DNA of 64,000 nucleotides, from positions 95,978,001-96,042,000 of the forward strand of contig NC_086097.1 in NCBI RefSeq assembly GCF_963921235.1, in the 5' to 3' direction. Under the pieces are notes generated by a model that ran no database searches, had not been told where the DNA came from, and worked only from the letters and a program-made list of their open reading frames with translations. Of this stretch, positions 1-9,600 are shown in pieces (the stretch's first letter is position 1; each line of letters starts with the position of its first letter). The DNA is from Mobula hypostoma. Lineage: Eukaryota. Position numbers and translations under genes: made by a program.

Positions 1-151
1 AGGGGTGCATGGGGTCCTTCACAATACTGTTAGCTTTGTGGGTGCAGCAAATAATATTAAATAAAGATTTAAAAAACGCAGATTCTGAAAATCTGAATTC
101 AAAACAGAAAAGGCTGGAAGCTCAGCAAGTTACACAACTGTGGAAAGATAA

Positions 152-248
152 GCAACATACATCAAAGTTGCTGGTGAACGCAGCAGGCCAAGCAGCAACT
201 TTGATGTATGTTGCTTGAATTTCCAGCATCTGCAGAATTCCTGTTGTT
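152..248 (+). mobile_element. Short PLE-derived fold-back insertion with 13-bp TSD
   Basis: TSD tgtggaaagataa at 139-151 and 249-261; inverted arms about 150-173 and 193-216; same terminus as the 3082-3300 element. Confidence 0.8.
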
Positions 249-804
249 TGTGGAAAGATAAACTATTTTTGGCCAAAAACCATCTGTCAGTTCTGTTCTG
301 CCAAAGGATCTTTGTTCCTTAATCTTATCTTTGCTTCTCTTTCCACAAAGACTTGCATGTACCTCCTTCAATCTCATTTGGTCCCATCAATGAGGCCTCC
401 TCTACATCAGCAAGACCAAATGTAAACTAGGCAACCACTTTACAGATACCTATGCTCTTTCTGTAATCGCAAACCTAAGGCATTTCAATTCCACTCGGAC
501 CTGTTGCTCTTCAGTCTTCTCCACTTTTTGGATGAGGCCAAATGCAAACAAGTAACACCCCACACACCTCACATTCTACCTGGGCAGTATACGACTCAAT
601 GATATAAAACATTAATTTTCCAATTTCAAATAACACACAAACAGTATGTTCCTTGCTCTCTTCTGATTCACCCAGATTCTCTCTCCTCCTTTTCCACCCA
701 ACCATTTCTAAATCCCAGTTATCCAGTTTAATTTCCCCTCCGCCCACATGGTTCTATTTGCATATCACCTACATCATAAATATTGAGTATCTTACCAAAT
801 AAAC

Positions 805-920
805 TTTTCTTAGGCTTCGAAACGAGTACAGGGATTGATTTTAACCAACATTTCGATGGCAACCTCTGCCATCTTTATCAGGGATGATGTCTGGGCATGT
901 CTAGTCTGATGGTCTCTACT
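805..920 (-). mobile_element. PLE terminal fragment homologous to 40105-40220
   Basis: Shared cagggatgatg.ctgggcatgtctagtc and decayed hammerhead-like core. Confidence 0.7.
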
Positions 921-1539
921 TTATTAATCTTAGTTACTCTAATCTCTTTCCTTATCCATTTCTACTCATCATCCCTTCCTCCCCATATCTATCTGCCCTT
1001 CACCTTCTCAACTGTTAGCTGCTATCTCTTTATAAAAGCCATCTATTCTTTACAGTCTCAATCCTGATGATGCAAAGTCTTGACCAGAAACATCGACCAC
1101 CTGACCCGCTGAGATTTTCCAGCAGTTTATTTTGTAGCTACGGAGATCAAACCCACACCCCACCCCACCCAGTTTTCGGCTCTCCTCGGGACGGACGCCG
1201 CAACAACGCCTTCTCCCTTCCCTCCCCTCTCCTCTCCTACCCTTCCCGGACAGACCTAACAACAGCCTCCTCCATTAACAGGCCGCACCACTGCACGACA
1301 CAACTTCAAAATTTCTCCTCAGACCTGCCGCCACAATTCAAGCACTGACCCGCCTCTACAGTGACTTCACTTCCCTTTCGACACTCGCAATGAATTCTTG
1401 AAAATCCCTACTCTTTTTCAGGCGATTTCCCCTTTTAACTATGTAATCTCCCACCCGTTTCCTTTGCTTTGAAGAAGCAAATTGAGAGGAAAAAAATCCA
1501 CAAAGATCAATTAGACACACCGACCTTCCGACAACGAAC

Positions 1540-1740
1540 CCATAGTACGCATGCGTAATGGGACTACCGGCAACAATCCCCCAACGCAGGGCGCCGGCAA
1601 CGCTCCCAACACGCATGCGTAACCAACGGAAAGGCGGTTGAATTTAAATTCTAAATGTGAGCAGCTGCGGCTTGATTGGTGGCGGCGGCCGCCCGAGCGT
1701 TTGCTTTTGTTGTTGGGGACTGACTACGGGCACTGTTCAG
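1540..1740 (+). promoter_or_regulatory. KNL1 CpG-rich promoter and probable non-coding exon 1 (donor cag|gtaatg at 1740/1741)
   Basis: Locally CpG-rich. Two NRF1-type palindromes (TACGCATGCGTA 1546-1557, ACGCATGCGT 1611-1620), GGCGG 1633-1637 followed by CHR-like TTTAAA 1643-1648, and an inverted CCAAT (ATTGG 1675-1679). The exact TSS cannot be determined. Confidence 0.7.
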
Positions 1741-2019
1741 GTAATGAAGGCAATAATTTTCAACGTAGTGGTTGTCATGAGTTGGTCGACCTTAGTCTAT
1801 GCTGAGGGGTGATTGCACGCGTTCTTTCCCTCTGTCACTGCCGCCCACAGAATGTCGGATCCAGCCTTATTCCAGTCAGCGCTGCTGATTGAAAACCGAA
1901 GAACTGTACCTCCAAATACATTCCTTCCTCTGATAGCTTGTCGGCGAGGAGTCCATCCTCCTCCTCCCTCCCTTTGGTGGCTGCGATCTGTGGAATTGTG
2001 GATGGTGAAGAAGGCTGTC

Positions 2020-2540
2020 AAAGGATGAGGTAGAATATCGATCGTTTACAGATATAGGCAGAGAAATTATTTAATCCATGTAAAGAAGAGGTGAAATTTA
2101 AAGGGAAAATAATAGTTAATGGTAAGGCATTTAATTGCATTGGACTTGATCCTCAGGGATCCAAATCCGTAAATCCCTATAAGTGGTCATATAAATATGT
2201 TGGCAAAGAAAGTATATGGCATGCTTAACTTTCATTGGTCATAGCGCTGAGTATGTAAGTTAGGAAGTCATGTTGCAGCTATATAAAACTTTGGTTAGGT
2301 TATACTTGTGTAATTTTGGTTACCCCATTACAGGAAGGATGTGGAGGTGTTTAAAAGGATACAGAAGAGATTTACCAGGATGCTGTCCGGATTAGATGGT
2401 ATCAGGGCAGCACTTGCAATATTGAAGCATAGAAGGCTATGGACCAGGTGCTAGTAAATGGCATTAGTATTGATGAGGACTTGATAGTTGCTATGGATAT
2501 GGTGTGCTGGAGTGCTAATTGATCAAATGCTAGACTCAAT
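2020..2540 (+). mobile_element. Degenerate CR1 3' fragment(s)
   Basis: CR1 RT C-terminal signature (ctatataaaactttggttagg...ccccattacaggaaggatgtgg...gatttaccaggatg). Confidence 0.7.
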
Positions 2541-3081
2541 GGGCAATGAATGACCTAAATTGTGGAAAAACACCAGGTTTCATTGAATGGGAAACATGTA
2601 TTAGTTTTTTTGATAAATGGTTAATTTCTATTAAACAAAATCCAAAACAAGAATTTGAGATGTTGTTGAAGTCTCTAAGAAGTGGTAATTACTGTGCCGG
2701 ACAAAAGGAAAGAAGGGTTAACACCTGCAAACCTAAACACAGGTAGTCTTTCCTAGAATATTTTTACTTTTGAAAATTTGCCCTTGTCTGTAACTGTTGC
2801 ACTGAGTGCTGCTTATTAATAAATACTATTTTTTATTGGAGTGATGTTGAGTATCACAGCCTCGACACAACATTGGTCTACTTATGTTGTCTGGTGCTCT
2901 GCTTTCTAGTGAACTGTGTAGTAATGCTGAATACAAAATAACAATAATCAAATCCATGCCAAATCTGCAACATATTTCTGCAGAGCTCATCTATTGAGAA
3001 TAGAGCTAGTTACTTCACCAGTGATTTATACTGTTGGCACTTCTAATTTTTAAAAAGGAAAACAAGTTGTATTTGTATAGC

Positions 3082-3300
3082 AAACAACAGGAATTCTGCA
3101 GATGCTGGAAATTCAAGCAACACACATCAAAGTTGCTGGTGAACGCAGCAGGCCAGGCAGCATCTATAGGAAGAGGCGCAGTCGACGTTTCAGGCCGAGA
3201 CCCTTCGTCAGGACTTCGGCCTCGGCCTGAAACGTCGACTGCGCCTCTTCCTATAGATGCTGCCTGGCCTGCTGCGTTCACCAGCAACTTTGATGTGTGT
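3082..3300 (-). mobile_element. Young PLE-derived palindromic element with perfect 80-bp arms
   Basis: Arms 3120-3199 and 3221-3300 are exact reverse complements; flanked by direct repeat atttgtatagc (3071-3081 and 3301-3311). Confidence 0.88.
3180..3215 (-). ncRNA. Putative minimal type I hammerhead ribozyme
   Basis: Minus strand reads AGUC-CUGACGA-AGGGUCUCGGCCU-GAAAC-GUC-GACU: full catalytic core, stem I AGUC/GACU, short stem II, loop-less palindromic stem III (ACGU). Confidence 0.7.
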
Positions 3301-3662
3301 ATTTGTATAGCCCTTCCTCTATACCGGACAAGTGCACTAAACTAGTGAAGAAAATACTCTGAAGTAGGGCTTAAACGCAGAGCTTTTTAAATTCTGAAAT
3401 GAGCCTAGTACCATTGTAGAATAATTTTTCAGTAATCCTACTGGAATCTTGATTAAATAATTAAAAGGGCAACGTCCGGAGTTGTTACAGCAGGTTCAAA
3501 ATTGAACAAATTCGTAACTTGTGTTTTTTCTGTTGAGATTTTAGTTCTTGTTCTTCACTTTTGGAATGTTATCCAACATAGTTTCTTCAGCTCGTTTGTA
3601 GTATTCTGAGCCATATATTTCATATTAATTAGTTTTTTCTTTGTTCTCTGTAGGCTTAAACC

Positions 3663-3697
3663 ATGGATGAAAACTGTTTTGTATTACCAGAGGCCAA
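3663..3697 (+). CDS. KNL1: KNL1 first coding exon ([11 protein letters not shown]; exon starts 3654)
   Basis: Polypyrimidine tract + tag acceptor 3653, ATG in good context (accATGg), donor gtatgt 3698; phase 2 fits the next exon. Confidence 0.75.
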
Positions 3698-6600
3698 GTA
3701 TGTATATCTGTAATATCCTTCACCTTTATTCACTCTCCCATTCTGTGTTGTGTGTACCAGTGAGTGCTTAAAGGTTTTATGCCTCTTTTGCTGTAAGTAA
3801 TAAAATTAAAATACTAATGAGGTTCTTGTGTTTTAGTTGTGGAAACTGATGGGACTTTACCCTCAGTGTTTCCCCCAACTTTGGCTATATTTCACTTATT
3901 TTTCTTTCACTTATTTTTCTCTCACTTGGTATGGTGAATAACTGCAACTGTTGTGCCAATTGTTCATGCAGTTCACACAAAATAGAAACCAAGACCCCTC
4001 AAAAACTTCTGTTTGGCAAAGGTGCCAATTTCAAATGATTTTGTAAGACACCTAACAATATGTTTTTCAAAAATGATGTGTACAGTACTATACAATATTA
4101 TTATCATCTTCCAATACTTTTATAACTCTGAAAGTTCGATCCTTGGACAGCCAATGCATTTACATTCTCTTGCAACAGAATTCAGCCTTTTTCCAGTTAG
4201 GAGCCTTGTAAATGAGCTGTCTTCTGTTCACAATAATAATATAAAGTAAGTGTTTATATGAAAGAAAAGAAAAGAGTTACATTTTAATGCATCTCGGCAT
4301 TTGCTATGACACATTATTGGGCAACAGTCCTTACTTAGAGCCTGTTAAATGTTCTTATTCACAATGGAAGATTGTGACTTTTAACCTTATCTCTGTGTGT
4401 TTCACTTTTTTATTTATTATATGTTCCTATTTGAAATAAAAGAGGAGATTGGTAGCTCGGGTTGGCTGCTTGTTTCTAGGGTTGTTTGCCGAGCTTGGAG
4501 GTTAGGTTGTAGATGTTTCATCACTAATGTGTTATTGAGGGTTGTTTCTGACCAGTGCTCGTGTTTATATTGGTCCAACTCATTGTTCTGATTGGTTGGC
4601 TGTTGTAATGATCCTATGCATCTGTGGGATTGAAGCCGAGGAACCAACGACCGATAACCAGTGGAAATCACTCAGCTACTCGGTTGGCGGGACCCAGCGG
4701 AGACTAGAAGCCAGCAGGACAGCTAACCAATCAGAACAACGAGTCGGACCAATACAAATGTGAGCACCCAGCAGAAGCAGTGTTCAATTGTGCATTGATG
4801 ATGTCACCTTGAATGCTGAAAAAACACTTGCGACATAACCTCCAGGCTTGGCTAACGTCGTACAATGGTAATCACATCTGTCAAATGTGATTAGCGTATT
4901 TCCTCCAATGGTTTTTCATTTTCAATATGTTTAGTCAGTACCAGAATGATACAAGATTTTATTCCCTTTTCATGTTCCTCAGTCTTCCATAGCTCTATAG
5001 AGCATCCAGTCTTGGTCTTGTGACTATTGCTGTGCTGTCTGACTGCCCCTAAAGGCAACTAAATTTGACCTTGCCTAAAAAGCCCCCCATCTCATTTGCA
5101 TTTATGATGCCACTCCTATAGAATATAATGGAAGTTGTTCTGAATGTTCTGTCTTATTTTGATTTAACTTTTGCATTGTATGTTTACCACAAATCCACTA
5201 TCCAACTGTTTTAAAAATCCAAATATTTTAGCATCTGGCTCACCAAATAATGCTTACTGCACTTCATCTCCATTCACCCGAGCCTTGTTCCCTTAATTCC
5301 TTTCAACTTGCCTGATTCAATGGAAAATTTATTATTGCACCATGTAATGTCTTACTAAAAATTAAAATGTCAGGATATTATAGAAATAACATCCAATAGC
5401 AATAACATCAATCTAGCGGTACTGAGTCCTGAGCATGTCAGATTATTGGCATTTTAACTGTTTTTGATCACAAGGCTGCCTATTTTACCACCTCGTCTTT
5501 GGACTCCATCCTTCAGTTAGTCAAAAAACTTTATGATGTTGCCTTCTTCATTCTTCTGGTCCAAAAGGGTACATCAAATTCTGGTATTTCAGAAAGTACC
5601 TGCTCTATCATCCTTGTCTTAACTCAACTTGACAACTTTTTGCTATCTCATTTCATTGTTTTTAAAAGCCTTATTTTCTTTGTGTTCTTGTACTGCCTTG
5701 CAACTCAAAGCATCCTATTTTCAAATACCTTCCCCTTCTATCAGTTCACTTTAAATCTATCCTCTATGCCTCCATTAGCCAGCCATGCTTCAGCTGGGAT
5801 AAGCATATAGTGGTAGGACTTGTGACTAGATACCTTTCAGGTGCTACATCTGTGATCATTCTACCTACTTAACTTTAAACAACTCTTCAGCCCTGGGCTG
5901 TGATCCTGTAACAACTAACCAAACATGAACCTCTTTAGGCTTCACTGTCCTGACACTTAATGTCAGACTGGCCATTATCCTGTGACATTTCTGGAGAAAT
6001 TTGAGGTGTTTAAGGAAGGGTTCATCAGTAGTCAAGGCAAAAGAATACCATTGAAAAGAGCATTAGCAAGTGTAGATGTGTAGAAGAGTCATGGAGTTGC
6101 ATATCTGTAGATCTCTGAAGATAATTGTTCAGGTAAATGTAATGGTTAAGAATGCAACAACATTTGTGTAAATGCAACAGGCTGTGTTAGAACTATATAA
6201 AATGTTAGTTAGATTGTTGGTACTGTGCAAATTCCAGTCAGCTCATTGCAGAAAGAATGTGATAATATGAATGGACGCACAGCAAATTTTAAAGGTTTCT
6301 GACAGGTTGAAGCTCAGTGTTGAGGAAAAGTAGTTTATAATTGATTAGGGTGAGCAGAAATGTGCCTTTAAGACTCGTATGATCCCAGTGCATCTATTGT
6401 CATTGAGATTTTGTATGTAATTCAGTCTTTCCTTAGTAAATTAAATACAGTATAAAACAATAAGCATTTTTGTGCATCCTTTTTACAATATAGCTTTGCC
6501 AATCTGTAGTATGTTGTAGTAGTAGTAGAAATTGTATGTGTGTTGGTCTCATATATCTTGCTTTTCCAGTGCTGACGTTATAGAAGAGAAATGCAAAAGG

Positions 6601-9600
6601 AGACAGTCTGGAGTAAGTTTATGTTAATTGTTCTCACATGACATAATTGCCATTTTCATTCAAACACTTTGTTACTATAATGTCATTTTAAAAATTGTAT
6701 AGTATGGTGTAACAAACAAGTCAAAATTAGGTTTGTATAAATTAAATTATAATTAATGTTGAAAATTCATTTTTAAAAAATTTGTGATAAAAAGGTATTG
6801 TACCCCTCCATTTAATTCTTGCAATTCTTTTTCTCATCAATTTTCTTTGCCAGTTAATGTGTTAAGGAGATAACTTTCACAAGGGTGCTTAAGTCTTCAA
6901 TATTAATGTGTGCTCTTTGATGGTACGCAACAATAGTCAGCTGAATTGCAAGGGGTAGATGTGAGTGCTTATAATTTGTATCAGTGCCTAGTTTTCTTTC
7001 TTGTAGTTGTACAGTGGAATATGTTATAAATTTTGTTTGAGCCTGGTAAATAAATTGGTTTATTATTATAAACATGTACTATGCCATGAAAATTATGCTT
7101 CAGTGTGTTAAACTTGTTTTATCTGTGATGCTATAGTGTATACACGAAAAGAACCTTTAGATCAGGAGACGGAGGAATTGAAATGTGTGCAGAGGGAGCT
7201 AAAGGAGAAAATCAAGGTGGCTAAAGAGGAATACAGAACAAGATTGGGCAGAGTAGCTCATGGGAGGTGTGGAAAGACATGAAAACCATCACTGGCTTCA
7301 ATCAGCCTAGCAGTAGAACCTCAGAATGCAACCGTGAATGGGCTAATGAGTTAAACCAATTCTTTAATAGGTTTGACAATTGCCCTCCTGTTCACCCCTC
7401 CTCAGCTCACCAGTCCAGGTGCCAAGGCACCCAATGCTCCCTCAGCACCAACGACACAACCCCTCCCCCATCCCCCACCCGGTTCAACACGTGGATGAAC
7501 AACACTGGCTACCACTGTTTACATCCCCTCCTTGCCCTGCACCTATCATCGACAACCTCTACATATGAACTATCGTCCTGATCTTCACCTGCCCCAGCCC
7601 CCACCTTCCACCAACCTCCCAGTGAACATGGACTCGCCTTCACTACAGAGGAGGTGAGAAGGGCTCTGGGGACACTCAAACACGGCAAAGCATTGGGATC
7701 AGATGGAGTGAACCCTAAGGTCCTGAAGGAGTGTGTTGAGCAGTTGTGTGAAATTCAGCACATTTTAAATCTGAGTCTCAGCCTGAAAAGGGTTCTGCCT
7801 GTCTGGAAAACACACGGTCCCAGTACCCAAGAAGGGCCAACCAAAACTCTTGAATGACTACCATCCAGTGGTCCTGATCTAGCACATCATAAAGACGTTT
7901 AGAGAGGCCGGTTCGTGCTCACCTCCAGCCCCTAGTCAGCTCAGCCCTCAGTCCCCCGCAGTTTGCCTACCAGGAGCACATTGGAGTTGAGGATGCTGTC
8001 ATCTACCTTCTGAACAGACTCCCATTTGGATAATCAGGGCAGCACTGTGAGGATCATGTTGCTTGATTTCTCAAATGCCTTCGGTACCATACAGTCCTCA
8101 TTGCTGGGGGAAAAGCTTCATTCAATGCAGGTTGGCACTTCCATTGTATCCTGGATAATGGACTTTCTAATGGACCACAGTTTGTGCATCTTCAGAGCTG
8201 TATGTCAGACATGACTATAAACAGCACTGGGGCCCCAGAGTATTGGTTCCCTTCCTATTTACTCTGTATACCTCAGAGTTTAGATATAACACTGAGTCTT
8301 ATCATCTGCAGAAATTCTCTGATAACTGCAATAGACAGGTGTATAGACAGGGAGAACAGGAGGCTGAATACAGGGCCCTGGTGGAGGACTTTGTCAAATG
8401 ACTCATCTGCAGCTCAACATTAGTAAGACACAGGAGATGGTGATGGACCTTAGGAAGACTAAGCCTGTACTGTTCCCTGTTACTATTGATGGTGAGGATA
8501 TGAACGTGAGGACCTACAAGTACCTGAAGGTGCGCCTGAATGACAGACTTGTGTGGAGCACCACAGAGGCTATATACAAGAAAGGCCAGAGTCATCTCAA
8601 CTTCCTGAGGAGACTGGGGTCTTTTGGGGTTTGCAGGCCTCTCTTTCACATGTTATACCAGTCTATTGTTGCCAGTACAATATTCTATGTGGTAGTGTGC
8701 TGGGGTGATGCCAGCAGGGTCAATAAACTGATTAGAAAGACTCTGGTTCAGTTATAGGAGTCAAACTAGACACACTGGAGGCTGTGGTAGAAGAAAGGAC
8801 CCTATGGAAAATCCTGGCAATTCTGGACAATGTCTCTCACCCTCTGCATGCCACCCTGGCTGAACAGAGGAGCACTTTCAGTAATAGATTAAGCCAACTG
8901 CGCTGCTATGAGGTTAATCTTATCCTTGGACATTAAGCTCTATAATGAGTCAGTCTATAGCCAGAGCAATGATGACCCCCTCCTGTTATGTTTGAGATAA
9001 TTTATTTTCTTATTCTTTCTTTCTTCTCTTCAAATATGTGTATATCTGTTGCCCTTGTAATGCTACTGCGACATTGTAATTTCTTTTGGGATGAATAGCC
9101 TATCTATAGTCAGAACTTCCAGTCATGAACATCTGCAAGCATTCACTTGTGCAGGTTGAGTTTTGATATCCAGCATAAATTCTCAGTTCTTCTGGTTGTC
9201 AATTCTCAATTGCACCAAGTTAAATTGTTTCTACAACTAATGAGCACTATTGTGTTAAAAAGCTTAAGGCAACATTTCTTCAAAATGCTGAACTTTGAAT
9301 ATAATGTTATATTTTGGCAAATATTAATCTATGCTGTTTGTATTTATTGTTAATCTCCTTCCTGCCATCTCTCCCAACCTTTCCAAGATATTAAAGTCTT
9401 CAAGGAGTCCACTTAGAACTCTGAAAGAAATTGATATCAACCAAAAGGTAACTCAAATTTTTGAAGAAACATTTGCAAACAAAATCCTGAAAAAGTATTG
9501 AGCCTCTGAATTGTCAGTACGTTGTAGCTTTGGGTTAGGGATGGTTTAATAAATAAATTGAACATCGAGAAATGTATTGGCCCAATATGTATCAAGTAAT

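Larger units (their letters stand above)
70..1140 (+). mobile_element. Old Penelope-like element remnant (degenerate GIY-YIG 3' end about 380-633 plus terminal-repeat remnants)
   Basis: Decayed LLYI..TK..LG..F / HFNS / IF.LG..Q...NI.FSNFK-like coding; ctgatga...gaaacatcgac remnant near 1064-1100. Confidence 0.55.

Noticed and set aside
1130..1500. Divergent gene or first exon upstream of the KNL1 promoter
   Set aside because: GC-rich, but I found no convincing minus-strand donor site or recognisable ORF.
3015..3345. Overlapping ORFs on both strands with identical peptides
   Set aside because: Artefact of the palindromic element.
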